Source: Kiritimatiellia bacterium (GTDB lineage Bacteria; Verrucomicrobiota; Kiritimatiellia; RFP12; UBA1067). Taken from it: 64,000 nt of DNA. A program made the position numbers and the translations under genes. Under the pieces are notes generated by a model. The model saw nothing but the letters and a program-made list of their open reading frames with translations, ran no database searches and had not been told where the DNA came from. The stretch lies in the NCBI GenBank assembly GCA_024694365.1, contig JAILJX010000124.1:49-64048 (forward strand), read 5' to 3'. This document shows positions 9,184 through 18,888 of this stretch, piece after piece; position 1 is the first letter of the stretch, and every line of letters starts with the position of its first letter.

Positions 9184-9943
9184 AAAATGCACCGTTCTCG
9201 AACATGTTGAGATAGGCGCCGGATACCGCTGGCTCGTGTTTTCGGCGCCTGTGATGGCATCCGGGCTTGTTCCGGGGCAATTCGTCCATGTGAGGGTGCC
9301 GGCGCTTGAACCGAGCGCCCTCAGACGGCCTTTCAGCGTCTTCGACGCCGAAGACGGCAAGGTCACGCTTCTTTACAAGACCGTCGGTCGCGGCACCGCA
9401 GCGCTGAATGGCGCGAAGCCAGGCGATGAGGTCGAGGTTATGGGGCCTCTTGGGCATGGTTTCCCCGTGAAATGCGACGGTGTGGCGCTTCTGGTGGGAG
9501 GCGGATACGGTGTCGCGCCGCTGCATTTTCTCGCCAAGCGCTTGCCGGGGAAAAAGATTCTTTTCGCCGGAGGGCGTACGGCTGCCGACCTTCTTGCGCT
9601 TGACAGGTTCGCCAGGATCGGAGATGTCGAGGTTCGCACCGCGACGAATGACGGAAGCGCCGGGGTGAAGGGGCTTGTTACGGACCCCCTTGACGCGGCC
9701 ATCTCGGAGATCGAGTCCGGCGGCGGCCGCATGGAGCTCTTCGCCTGCGGACCGGACGGGATGCTCAAGGCTGTCGCGATGCGTGCCGTGGAGCACGGCA
9801 TGCCCGGGTGGATTTCCATGGACAGGCACATGATATGCGGCGTCGGCGCGTGCTACGCCTGCATACAGAAGACGGTTCGCGGCAATTCGCGGTGCTGCGT
9901 GGAAGGACCCGTTTTCGCGGCCAAGGATCTTCTCTGGGAGTGA
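9173..9943 (+). CDS. pyrK: Dihydroorotate dehydrogenase (class 1B) electron-transfer subunit
   Basis: 256 aa. FAD-binding RRPFSV; C-terminal 2Fe-2S Cys cluster MICGVGACYACIQK...RCCVEGPVF. AAGGAAGG SD. Confidence 0.85.
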   Translation: MLNEKCTVLEHVEIGAGYRWLVFSAPVMASGLVPGQFVHVRVPALEPSALRRPFSVFDAEDGKVTLLYKTVGRGTAALNGAKPGDEVEVMGPLGHGFPVKCDGVALLVGGGYGVAPLHFLAKRLPGKKILFAGGRTAADLLALDRFARIGDVEVRTATNDGSAGVKGLVTDPLDAAISEIESGGGRMELFACGPDGMLKAVAMRAVEHGMPGWISMDRHMICGVGACYACIQKTVRGNSRCCVEGPVFAAKDLLWE

Positions 9944-9947
9944 TGCC

Positions 9948-10868
9948 ATGATCGACATGAAAGTGAATCTGGGCGGTCTCGAGATGGCGACGCCTGTCGC
10001 CACTGCGAGCGGAACGTTCGGCTACGGAACCGAATATGTCGGAGCGGTCGACTACTCCAAGCTTGGCGCCGTGACGGCAAAGGGGATACGGGTCGATCCG
10101 TGGCCGGGAAATCCGATGCCTCGCCATGCCGAGGTCCCCGGAGGCCTTGTGAACGCGATAGGTCTTCAGGGAACCGGAGTGGACCGTTTTCTCAAGGTTA
10201 CCGTTCCCTGGTACGCCAAACAGGTGAAGGTTCCTCTCATCGTCAACATATGGGGCGGGTCTGTCGACGAATACGCCGAGGTCGCCGGGAGGATAGATGC
10301 CTGCGCACATCCTTCCATAGGTGCGTTGGAGATGAACGTCAGCTGTCCCAACGTCAAAGCTGGCGGACATACGTTCGGCCAGGATCCGAAAATCCTGCAT
10401 GATGTGGTCTCGGCCGTCAGAAAAGCGACGAAGCTCCCGCTTCTTGTGAAGCTTGCCCCGAATGTGCCCTCGATCGTGCCTTACGCCAAAGCCTGCGAGG
10501 ATGCCGGCGCAGACGGTCTTTCGCTTATCAACACGATTCCCGCAATGGTCATCGACATAGAAACGAGGCGCCCGGTCCTGGCGAACAGGACGGGCGGGCT
10601 TTCCGGACGCTGCGTGCATCCTGCGGCCGTGAAACTCGTGTGGGACGCGCACAACGCGACTCGGTTGCCGATTCTTGCCATGGGCGGGGTCTACGACGCG
10701 AAAGACGCGATCGAGTTCATGTTGGCCGGAGCCACGGCCGTCGCTGTGGGGACGGCCGTATTTTCCTCGCCGGATGCGGCGGGCAATGTCCATGACGGAA
10801 TCGCCGATTACTGCGAGCGCCACGGGTTCAGCCGCGCCGCCGACCTTACGGGCGCCTTGGAAGTATGA
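9948..10868 (+). CDS. pyrD: Dihydroorotate dehydrogenase (class 1B) catalytic subunit
   Basis: 306 aa. Motifs ASGTFGYG, NVSCPN (catalytic Cys) and GGLSG; adjacent to pyrK. Confidence 0.9.
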   Translation: MIDMKVNLGGLEMATPVATASGTFGYGTEYVGAVDYSKLGAVTAKGIRVDPWPGNPMPRHAEVPGGLVNAIGLQGTGVDRFLKVTVPWYAKQVKVPLIVNIWGGSVDEYAEVAGRIDACAHPSIGALEMNVSCPNVKAGGHTFGQDPKILHDVVSAVRKATKLPLLVKLAPNVPSIVPYAKACEDAGADGLSLINTIPAMVIDIETRRPVLANRTGGLSGRCVHPAAVKLVWDAHNATRLPILAMGGVYDAKDAIEFMLAGATAVAVGTAVFSSPDAAGNVHDGIADYCERHGFSRAADLTGALEV

Positions 10869-10874
10869 TATAAT
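10866..10874 (+). promoter_or_regulatory. Extended -10 box TGATATAAT; leaderless transcript for the LptF/G-type gene
   Basis: TGATATAAT at 10866-10874 overlaps the pyrD stop. ATG at 10883 is only 8 nt after the hexamer; no SD possible. Confidence 0.5.
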
Positions 10875-10882
10875 ATCCTCTC

Positions 10883-12154
10883 ATGCGCATCCTCTGGCGA
10901 TACATATTCCGCGAATTCCTGATACCGCTCACCTACTGCCTGGCGGGTTTTGTCGGCATATACGTGCTGTTCAAGCTTTTCGGGTCCTTCTCCAGGATTT
11001 CCTCCGCACATCTTGGGTTCGGAGCGACCATTGCGTATCTTGCGGCGTATCTTTCGCCGTTTTTCAAGTATCTCGCTCCTGCGGCTTTGATGCTCGCGAC
11101 GCTTTATACAATGTGGAGCTTTTGCCGGCATTCCGAGCTCACGGCCATGCGCGCAAGCGGCATAAGCCTTGCGACGATAGTGCGGCCTCTTCTTTTTGCC
11201 GCATTTCTCGTCGCCTGTTTCGTGGCATGGGTGAACGAGTGCTACATGCCATCCCATGCGTTGTGGGCGAAACGCCTGGAGGCGGCGCGTTTTGACAGGG
11301 CGAAGGCGGCCGTTTCCGGCCTGTCCTACGCCGATGCCGTGCGCGGACACGTATGGACCGTGGAAGGCGATTGCGATGCGGACTGCAAGCGCCTTTCGGG
11401 CGTGAGGATCGAGTTTGCCGGATCCGGTGGCGTCAAGCGCATCGTCAGGGCGGCCAATGCCGATTGGCTTGACGGAGAATGGTGGCTTTCCGGAGTCGAG
11501 TCGTCCTATTCCGCATCCGGTCTGCAGGTCGCATCGCCATCGCCGGACCTGGACGGCCTTCCGTTCAGGGTGTTCCCTGAATTGACGGAGACGCCGGAAG
11601 ACATCCTTCTGCAGCAATCCGATGCGCTGCCGTTCAATTCGTCGCTGAAAAAGCTCGAATTTGCGCGTGAAGCGCAGAATCTGCCGCAGGAGAAGCGCAA
11701 CGACATAGTCTATGACGCGTGGGCTCAGGCTCTTTCGCCGTTTGCGTGCATCATAATCACGCTTCTTGCCATTCCCGCCGGAATCTCCACAGGCAGGCAG
11801 GCGGTTTTCGGCGGCGTTCTGGGCGCGTTGGTCTTGTTTTTCGCCTATTACGGACTCGACATGGCGTGTTTCGGGTTTGCAAGGACGGGACTCGTGCCGC
11901 CTGTGCCGGCGGCGATCATAACCCCTTCGGCATTTCTCGTTCTGGGAATATACAACTGCTTTCGTCCGCTCAGGATGACGCTTGTTCTTGCGGGAATCTT
12001 TTTTGTGCTTGTCGTCGTGTATGTCCTGATGGCGCATGCCTTGACGAGCAGGCTGGGGGTTGACGCCGTCATGGCGCACAGTCTCGCCGCGACATTCCCG
12101 ATGCTTGCCGCCGGGGGGGCCATGTGCGCCCTCAAACGCCGGAGGCGCGCGTGA
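10883..12154 (+). CDS. LptF/LptG (YjgP/YjgQ) family permease
   Basis: 423 aa. N-terminus MRILWRYIFREFLIPL is typical of the family. Multiple TM segments flank a periplasmic domain. Confidence 0.8.
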   Translation: MRILWRYIFREFLIPLTYCLAGFVGIYVLFKLFGSFSRISSAHLGFGATIAYLAAYLSPFFKYLAPAALMLATLYTMWSFCRHSELTAMRASGISLATIVRPLLFAAFLVACFVAWVNECYMPSHALWAKRLEAARFDRAKAAVSGLSYADAVRGHVWTVEGDCDADCKRLSGVRIEFAGSGGVKRIVRAANADWLDGEWWLSGVESSYSASGLQVASPSPDLDGLPFRVFPELTETPEDILLQQSDALPFNSSLKKLEFAREAQNLPQEKRNDIVYDAWAQALSPFACIIITLLAIPAGISTGRQAVFGGVLGALVLFFAYYGLDMACFGFARTGLVPPVPAAIITPSAFLVLGIYNCFRPLRMTLVLAGIFFVLVVVYVLMAHALTSRLGVDAVMAHSLAATFPMLAAGGAMCALKRRRRA

Positions 12155-12513
12155 TGATGCGTGTTGTGGATGTCTTCCTGAAAGGAGGCCCCGTAATGTG
12201 GCCGATTCTTGTCCTTTCGATCGCAGGCGTCTCCATTTTGGCGTGGAAGGCGCTTGCTTTCCGGAAAGGCGACCGGTCCGGCAGCGGCTTGGCGGTCGTT
12301 TCGTCGATAATCACCGCCGAACCCATGCTTGGGATACTGGGTACGGTGACGGGAATCATCAAGACATTCGGCGCGCTTGAAGGCGACGCCCGCCCGATCG
12401 CGGCGGCGGCGGGGATAGGGGAGGCGTTGATCACCACGGCCGCAGGCCTCGTCGCGGCGATTTTGCTGCTTTTCCCGTACAATATCCTTGCGGATATGTC
12501 GGAGGACTCGTGA
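12154..12513 (+). CDS. exbB: MotA/TolQ/ExbB proton-channel family protein (short form)
   Basis: About 119 aa from ATG 12154 (overlaps the preceding stop). Motifs GILGTVTGIIKTF and IGEALITTAAGL. Confidence 0.75.
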   Translation: MMRVVDVFLKGGPVMWPILVLSIAGVSILAWKALAFRKGDRSGSGLAVVSSIITAEPMLGILGTVTGIIKTFGALEGDARPIAAAAGIGEALITTAAGLVAAILLLFPYNILADMSEDS

Positions 12514-12920
12514 GCCGGCGCAAACGCGTCGCCAGACTCGAGTTGACGGCTTTGATGGACGTCATGCTGCTCGTGCTTGCCTTTTTCATCTATTCCATAT
12601 TCGATATGACGGTCCGCAAAGGGGTGAAGGTGGATCTCCCGCGCGGAGCCGGAGAGCCCGAGCCCGGCGAGAGGATTGTGATTACGGTCAAGCCCGGAGA
12701 CGGTCTGCAGTTCAATGGGGAGGATATGGCCAGGGATGCGGTTCTCGACCGGGTTGCGGCATTGAAGAGGTCGGGCGCGGACATCCCCGTGATCATTGCG
12801 GCGGACCGTTGCGCATCGATGGGCGCGGGAGTGGAGCTCCTGGCCGCATTGAAAGAGGCGGGCGTGGATAAGGTTTCATGCCAGATTGAAGACCCGCCGA
12901 CAGAAGGAGTCTTGCGGTGA
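12510..12920 (+). CDS. exbD: ExbD/TolR biopolymer transport protein
   Basis: 136 aa. N-terminal anchor LELTALMDVMLLVLAFFI followed by a periplasmic domain. 4-nt overlap with exbB. Confidence 0.8.
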   Translation: MSRRKRVARLELTALMDVMLLVLAFFIYSIFDMTVRKGVKVDLPRGAGEPEPGERIVITVKPGDGLQFNGEDMARDAVLDRVAALKRSGADIPVIIAADRCASMGAGVELLAALKEAGVDKVSCQIEDPPTEGVLR

Positions 12921-13570
12921 GGCGGGCTTTTCTGGCGCTTGCGGCCGGACTGGGCGTGCATGCCATTCTCGCAGCCGGTCTTGCGTTGATTCTTGCCGGG
13001 GAACCGGGGAGTCGAGCGCCTTCTCTTTCCGTCTCCCGTGTCGAATTGAGTTTTGCGGACGGCGCCGCCCGCAATGTTGCGGACATGCCATGCGAACCGC
13101 TTTTGTCCGCTGTCGAGGAATGCCGGCGCGAAAAGGTTCCGTTGCCGACTTTGGCGCCCCGGTGCGAGTTGTCCGGACTCCCTGTTGATGCGGGCGTAAG
13201 CAATGACATCCCTCCGCCCGCAACGCCTCCGGTCCCGGTGGCGCCGCCAGCCTTCATGACAGCGCCGCCCGCCGTTTCCGGGCGAATTTCCGCCGCAATG
13301 GACGCCAAACCGAGACCGATATCGGCGATAATGCCGGTTTATCCCCGCATCGCTAGACTCCGCAATCAAGAGGGGACGGTGCTGTTGAATGTCGATATTG
13401 ATGAAAAAGGCTTGGTGCAACGTGCAGAAATCGCAGAATCAAGCGGATATATCCTTTTGGACGAGGCAGCTTTGGATGCGGTCCGGAAAGCTGTCTTCTC
13501 CCCGGCTGTGGCAGGATCGTCGGCGGTGCCATCCTCAACGCAGATCCCCCTTGTGTTCCGCCTGAAATGA
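12917..13570 (+). CDS. tonB: TonB-family energy transducer
   Basis: 217 aa. TM anchor, Pro-rich spacer (PPPATPPVPVAPPAF) and a TonB C-terminal domain PVYPRIARLRNQEGTVLLNVDIDEKG...LLDEAALDAV. Confidence 0.75.
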   Translation: MRRAFLALAAGLGVHAILAAGLALILAGEPGSRAPSLSVSRVELSFADGAARNVADMPCEPLLSAVEECRREKVPLPTLAPRCELSGLPVDAGVSNDIPPPATPPVPVAPPAFMTAPPAVSGRISAAMDAKPRPISAIMPVYPRIARLRNQEGTVLLNVDIDEKGLVQRAEIAESSGYILLDEAALDAVRKAVFSPAVAGSSAVPSSTQIPLVFRLK

Positions 13571-13610
13571 ACCGGATCGTGCTCTATGGCGTTTATTCAT
13601 ATACAAAAAC

Positions 13611-14711
13611 ATGAATCTTTTGACAGAAAGCCTTTTTGCAGCCTGTGAAACCCGCGGGGCGAGCGACATACACTTGACGACGGGTTTTCCGCCGCGGTTT
13701 CGCATTCGCGGAGAACTTGTGGAACTTGACGGATTCAAGCCGTTTGGAGTCAAAGAAGTCGATTCCGTGGCTATGGATCTTGGGCTTGTGACGCTTCCGC
13801 TCGGCTCCCCTGACGGTACCGAGCGCATCCGCCGTACGCTATTGAAGGAAGGTTCGATCGACGGAGCCGTGACAAGTCCGCAGGGGTCTCGATACCGTTT
13901 CAACCTGTATCGCGAACAGGATCGCCATGCGGTCGCGCTCAGGCGTCTTGACGGGGAGTTTCGATCATTTGAGGCTCTGGGGCTTCCGGGCAGGCTTGAA
14001 GACTTTTGCGATGAGCATGACGGGCTAGTGGTCGTCACCGGTCCTACCGGCTCGGGCAAATCCACGACGCTCGCGACCATGATAAATCGCATAAACAAGA
14101 CGAGATTCGGACACATCATCACCATTGAAGATCCCATAGAGTATGTCCACTCGTCATTGCGCTGTCTTGTGAATCAACGCCAGGTCGGGCGCGATACGCA
14201 ATCGTTCAACACCGCCCTAGTCGAGGCGTTGAGACAGGATCCGGACGTGATTCTTATAGGGGAGGTCAGGGATCTGGAGACTGTCCGCACGGCTCTTCGC
14301 GCCGCAGAGACGGGACATCTGGTGTTTGCGACCTTGCATTCAGGAGATGCTCCAGGGGCGATAGAGAGGCTCGTGTCCATGTTCCCCCCCGAAGAGCAGG
14401 CAGGGGCGAGGCGTCAGCTTTCCCTTGTTTTGAGAGGCGTTTTCGCCCAGCATCTGATGCAGGATCCCGGCGGCAAGACCCGCCATCCCGCGTTTGAGCT
14501 TCTCGTCAATACGTTGGCGGCCGCTAATCTCATAGCCACCGGACGAACGGCTCAGCTTTATTCGGTTCTCGAAACCGGTGCGTCCCAGGGCATGTGCACG
14601 CTGGATCAGTCTCTCGCCGACCTTGTGAAAGCCAGGAAGATAGACATGCGTCCAGCGCTCGCTCTTTCCCGCAATCCGGATCTTCTGCGTGCGCGCCTGT
14701 CGTCTGTCTGA
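13611..14711 (+). CDS. pilT: PilT-family type IV pilus retraction ATPase
   Basis: 366 aa, no N-terminal extension. Walker A GPTGSGKSTT; motifs TIEDPIEY and LVFATLH. PilT-length hexameric secretion ATPase. Confidence 0.85.
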   Translation: MNLLTESLFAACETRGASDIHLTTGFPPRFRIRGELVELDGFKPFGVKEVDSVAMDLGLVTLPLGSPDGTERIRRTLLKEGSIDGAVTSPQGSRYRFNLYREQDRHAVALRRLDGEFRSFEALGLPGRLEDFCDEHDGLVVVTGPTGSGKSTTLATMINRINKTRFGHIITIEDPIEYVHSSLRCLVNQRQVGRDTQSFNTALVEALRQDPDVILIGEVRDLETVRTALRAAETGHLVFATLHSGDAPGAIERLVSMFPPEEQAGARRQLSLVLRGVFAQHLMQDPGGKTRHPAFELLVNTLAAANLIATGRTAQLYSVLETGASQGMCTLDQSLADLVKARKIDMRPALALSRNPDLLRARLSSV

Positions 14712-14717
14712 AAGAAA

Positions 14718-15641
14718 ATGAATCGTTCCAGTCAAATGACAAGTCTGGGCAAAAGCCGCCGGAGAGTGAAGAAAGGCTTCACATTGACGGAAGTCCTTGC
14801 GGTGGTCGCCTTGCTGTCAATAGTGGCCGTCATTGCCGTCTATCGGGTGGTCGGCATGACAGAACGCGCCCGTATTGTTGCCGCAGAGGGCGATTTGCGC
14901 TCGATCCGGACGGCATTAACAGACGGAGAATCTGGATATTTGAGGGATATGTCCGGTATCCCTGGATTTTCTGCGGGATATCTGCGGCTTTCCAATCTTC
15001 TTGTTTCCACGAATCTCTACGGCGAGACGGAGTCTGCATATGGACCGGAAGGGCGGCGTGTGGATGACGTGTGGCTCGGGAAGGGCTGTGCAAAGCCGGC
15101 TGCATTCACAAGCTGGGACGAATCGCGTGCCCGGGGATGGCGCGGGCCATACGTCAACGCGAAGACCGTCTCTTTCCCCTCGGCTGCCGATTGCGATGGC
15201 GATGGCCGATCCTTCGCTTCGCGTGGATTCTACCCTGATCTTTCGAATCTGCGGCTTCCGTCCGACATGACTTCAGGCTTGAACGGATGCTCCGTCTATG
15301 GCTTCCCGGGAGAGCCTGTGCCTGTCGATCCCTGGGGGAACCCGTACGTGCTGCAAATCCCGCCCCCGCAGGCGTTTGGCGGGTCGCTCGCCGAAGGGTT
15401 CACCAATGCGACATTGCGATTCCGGTACGCAAGGGTCGTGTCCGCCGGACCCGACGGCATTCTCGATACGCCCTGCTTCGGTGCGAACGGAACGAATGAA
15501 TTCGCCACGTCATGGAGTCCTCGCGTGCGCCGTCTTTCGCGTCAGGCCGGACTCACGGACGGCACCGACCGCAGCGCCAGGGGGGATGACGTGGTGGTTT
15601 TCATTCTGCGCAACGATGTGGACGAGGGGGGTGATGAATGA
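14718..15641 (+). CDS. GspG-like major pseudopilin with large insertion (prepilin-type N-terminus)
   Basis: 307 aa. Class III signal KKG|FTLTEVLAVVALLSIVAV. GspG hallmark DPWGNPYVLQ near the C-terminal third. Confidence 0.7.
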   Translation: MNRSSQMTSLGKSRRRVKKGFTLTEVLAVVALLSIVAVIAVYRVVGMTERARIVAAEGDLRSIRTALTDGESGYLRDMSGIPGFSAGYLRLSNLLVSTNLYGETESAYGPEGRRVDDVWLGKGCAKPAAFTSWDESRARGWRGPYVNAKTVSFPSAADCDGDGRSFASRGFYPDLSNLRLPSDMTSGLNGCSVYGFPGEPVPVDPWGNPYVLQIPPPQAFGGSLAEGFTNATLRFRYARVVSAGPDGILDTPCFGANGTNEFATSWSPRVRRLSRQAGLTDGTDRSARGDDVVVFILRNDVDEGGDE

Positions 15642-16432
15642 AACGTGCGTTCACGCTTGTCGAGCTGTCGGTCGTCCTGCTTGTTCTTGCCGTCCTGGCG
15701 CACCTCGCCGTTCGGGAGCTTGGCCGCACAAGAGACCGGAAACTCGTGTCGGCGGCGGATCGGCAGCTTGAAGAGGTGCGCTCTGCGGTTTGGGAATTGC
15801 GTCCCGGGGAGGACCCGTCGGGCTTCTTGGCCGATATGGGAAGACTTCCCGGAATCTCTCCGGACGGAACGCTGGAGGAATTGTGGGCCCGTCCGGCGGG
15901 CGTGCCGGAATACGCTTTGCGCGAAGCGACAGGAACGAATCTCTGCGCCGGGGTCTCGGGCGAGCCCGGCGTATTCGTCCCGACCGGCTGGCGCGGACCG
16001 TATCTGCGGCTCCCGGCAGGTCGAGATGGACTCTTCGATCCGTGGGGGAACCCCATGACGGTTCTTGATGATGCGGGACTGTCCCGGTTGAATGTGGAGA
16101 ATGGATTTGTGACGGCCGTGTCGCATTATGGCCCCACTGGACGCGAAAGCGGCAAAAAGACGGTCTCGCTCATCCCTGACGGCGGCGGATCGAGCCGGCT
16201 TGTCGTCAATTTCCTGTCGGCGGGCGCATCGTCGGGAAGCGTGACATGCAAGTGGTTCGGTCCGTGTTCGGGAGCGGTGACGGGCGCAGTCGGCACGGTG
16301 GCCTATCCCGGTACGGTGTCGTTTGAAGGATTGACTCCGGGCCTTCGGGTCTTCCACGATTCCGTGACGGGCGGAGCGCGTTTCATCGTCGTGAAACCCG
16401 GGGACAACGCAATGCAGGTGGTCGTGCCATGA
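15638..16432 (+). CDS. GspG-like pseudopilin paralogue (Ala at -1)
   Basis: 264 aa. MKRA|FTLVELSVVLLVLAVLA; DPWGNPMTVL motif. 4-nt overlap with the upstream gene. Confidence 0.65.
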   Translation: MKRAFTLVELSVVLLVLAVLAHLAVRELGRTRDRKLVSAADRQLEEVRSAVWELRPGEDPSGFLADMGRLPGISPDGTLEELWARPAGVPEYALREATGTNLCAGVSGEPGVFVPTGWRGPYLRLPAGRDGLFDPWGNPMTVLDDAGLSRLNVENGFVTAVSHYGPTGRESGKKTVSLIPDGGGSSRLVVNFLSAGASSGSVTCKWFGPCSGAVTGAVGTVAYPGTVSFEGLTPGLRVFHDSVTGGARFIVVKPGDNAMQVVVP

Positions 16433-17199
16433 AAAAAGACGCATTCAGACAGCGCGTACGTTTGCCTGCCGTCCAGGCTGCGGCGCTCAAACCGCAAGAG
16501 CTTTCGCTCGCTCTTGCGTATGAACTCGAACCGTTCTCGGGCGTGCCTGCGGCCGACGCCGAGGTTGAATGGACCGAGGTGGCGGATCAAGACGTGTCGG
16601 TGAGGGTTTATGACGTTGCCGTGCGCCCGCGGCGCTCCTCGTCCTCGAAAAGCGGAGCCGGCAAAGCCGTCGCGACGCTGGAAGGTCTGGTTCTGCCCGC
16701 CTGCATTGCATCTGCGGCGGTGCTGCTTGCGGTCGCGGTGGATTTCGCCGTCCTCCGGCACAGGCGCGCGGAATCGGAAGCGGCCGTTGCCGAATTGACT
16801 CCGGCGACGGTCGAGATACGAAGAATCCGCGCCGAAGCCAAAAAGACGCGCGCAGAAGCCGATGCCATCGCTTCGTCCAGAGAGTCGTCAGCCGCGGCTC
16901 AAGAGCGCGTGGCGGAGCTTCGCCGCGCTCACGCGGACCTTCTTGCGGTGCTGGCGACCGTCTGCGGCGGACGCTCCGTCGTCAAGAGCCTGTCGCATGA
17001 TCCGGCGAGCGGCGGAGTCGTCATCAAGGCTGTCGCGGCATCCACCGAAGAGTCCAGGCGAATCAGGGAGGATCTGTCCGGCGAATCCGCGAAGAGGGGC
17101 TGGTCGATTGCGCTCGGTCCGATATCGTCCGGCGGAGACGGGCGCATGTCGGAGTTCACCTGTACCATAGTTCTGCCTGGAAAGGGGGGCGCGTCATGA
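16429..17199 (+). CDS. Bitopic assembly protein, GspL/PilN-like by position and topology
   Basis: 256 aa. Short cytoplasmic N-domain, one TM (LPACIASAAVLLAVAVDFAVL), coiled-coil, then a periplasmic domain. Overlaps neighbours by 4 nt. No diagnostic motif. Confidence 0.35.
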   Translation: MKKDAFRQRVRLPAVQAAALKPQELSLALAYELEPFSGVPAADAEVEWTEVADQDVSVRVYDVAVRPRRSSSSKSGAGKAVATLEGLVLPACIASAAVLLAVAVDFAVLRHRRAESEAAVAELTPATVEIRRIRAEAKKTRAEADAIASSRESSAAAQERVAELRRAHADLLAVLATVCGGRSVVKSLSHDPASGGVVIKAVAASTEESRRIREDLSGESAKRGWSIALGPISSGGDGRMSEFTCTIVLPGKGGAS

Positions 17200-17768
17200 C
17201 GGAGTTGCGTGCAAAGGACAAGCTCTTTCTTGCTTTTCTTCTCCCCGCCGCGGCGGTTGCGGCATATGTGTGGTTCTGGAGAATCGACGAGGCGAAGAAA
17301 ATCAAGAATCTTGAAGCCACGTGCTCGTCGCTGATCGGCGCGGAAGACAGAGATATGGAGAAATCTTCCGCACTGGCGGATCTTGCGGACGCGAAGCGCC
17401 GGCTCGAGGCGGAGAAAGCCATTCCGCCGGCGAAGGTGTCGGTCGACGCGAATCCGTCTTCCTCCGAAGCCGATCGCGAGGGTGACGTGCTGCGCATATT
17501 CGTGAAGTCCGGACTGTCCGTGTTGCGTGCCGAACCCGTGGATCCGGGTCCGAACGGGGAACGGTTCGGCTTGCCGGGGCGCGATGCTCTTATTTCCACC
17601 GGTTTTCGTCCGTCCCCGGCATTGCGCCGCTATACGCTGGATGGACCATACCCCGCCATGCGCAACGCTCTGGATTCACTGGCTGACGGCTTGCTGGCCG
17701 TCGTCCCCGCCGCGTTGGAGATGAGCGAGGCGGGGCATGGACGCTGGGTTTTGACGCTCTGGCTTTGA
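17196..17768 (+). CDS. Bitopic assembly protein, GspM/PilO-like by position and topology
   Basis: 190 aa. N-terminal TM (LFLAFLLPAAAVAAYVWFW), coiled-coil and a small C-domain. Assignment by context only. Confidence 0.3.
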   Translation: MTELRAKDKLFLAFLLPAAAVAAYVWFWRIDEAKKIKNLEATCSSLIGAEDRDMEKSSALADLADAKRRLEAEKAIPPAKVSVDANPSSSEADREGDVLRIFVKSGLSVLRAEPVDPGPNGERFGLPGRDALISTGFRPSPALRRYTLDGPYPAMRNALDSLADGLLAVVPAALEMSEAGHGRWVLTLWL

Positions 17769-17772
17769 GGAG

Positions 17773-18888
17773 GTGATTCAAATGCTGCCTGCCAACGGAT
17801 TTCTGGAACGCGCCGAAGAGCTGACCGACAGCGTCCAGCTTGTCGACAGGATACTTCGCGCCGGACTTTTCACCCGCGCGAGCGATGTCCATTTCGATCC
17901 GGGCGCCGATGGCGTCAGGGTGCGGTTCAGGATAGACGGCGAACTAGAGGATGTCCTCAGGATCCCTTCCGCGATGCAATCGGCTGTCACGAGCCGTCTG
18001 AAGGTGTTGGCCAGGCTTGACATCGCCGAGCGTCGCGCTCCGCAGGACGGCGGCTTCTCGTGGCGCCTTTCGGGGATTGGCGGCGCGGGTCAGAATCCGC
18101 TGGACGTGCGCATGGCCACGCTGCCGGTCCGCCACGGGGAGCGCATTACGCTCAGGCTTCTTGAATCGGGCGGCACGCGTCTTTCTCTCGATGAACTAGG
18201 CATGAGCTCGCAAGACCGCGCCGTGTTCGACGGCGTATTGAAGCGTCCCCACGGGCTAGTGCTTCTTTCGGGGCCGACCGGATCCGGCAAAACCACCACC
18301 CTGTATGCAACCATAGCCGAAATACTAAAGGGAGAGCCCAAGAACATTGTCACGGTCGAGGATCCTGTCGAATATGAAATCCCCGGGGTGGCGCAGGCTG
18401 AAGTGGACTCCGCCGACAAAGTCAATTTCGCGAAAGCCTTGAAATCACTCCTGCGTCACGATCCGGATGTCGTGATGATAGGCGAAATACGCGATTCCGA
18501 CTCCATGGACGCCGCAGTTAAAGCGGCTTTGACCGGGCACTTGGTTCTTTCGACTCTCCACGCCAACGATGCGCGATCCACGGTGACGCGTCTTGAAGAC
18601 ATGGGGCTTGATCCGAAGCTCGTGTCGGCGACGGTCCGTCTGGCCGTCGCCCAGCGCCTTGTCCGGAGACTGTGCGTCAAATGCCGCGCCGAAGGGCGGA
18701 ATGGATGGGAACCCCGCGGCTGCCCTGCCTGCGGCGGACGAGGCTACTCGGGGCGCATAGGACTCTTCGAGCTGTACGAGCCCGAGACCGGCAGAGGCAC
18801 CTCCATGATCGATGATGCGAAAGCGAAGGTTGCGGCCGGCGTGACCTCTCTGGCGGAAGCGTTCAAAGCGACCGGAGAATTCGCATGA
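17773..18888 (+). CDS. gspE: GspE/PilB-family assembly ATPase, short form lacking N-terminal domains
   Basis: 371 aa. Walker A GPTGSGKTTT; motifs VEDPVEYEI and LVLSTLH; tetracysteine CVKC...CPACGGRGYSGRIGLFE. Confidence 0.85.
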   Translation: MIQMLPANGFLERAEELTDSVQLVDRILRAGLFTRASDVHFDPGADGVRVRFRIDGELEDVLRIPSAMQSAVTSRLKVLARLDIAERRAPQDGGFSWRLSGIGGAGQNPLDVRMATLPVRHGERITLRLLESGGTRLSLDELGMSSQDRAVFDGVLKRPHGLVLLSGPTGSGKTTTLYATIAEILKGEPKNIVTVEDPVEYEIPGVAQAEVDSADKVNFAKALKSLLRHDPDVVMIGEIRDSDSMDAAVKAALTGHLVLSTLHANDARSTVTRLEDMGLDPKLVSATVRLAVAQRLVRRLCVKCRAEGRNGWEPRGCPACGGRGYSGRIGLFELYEPETGRGTSMIDDAKAKVAAGVTSLAEAFKATGEFA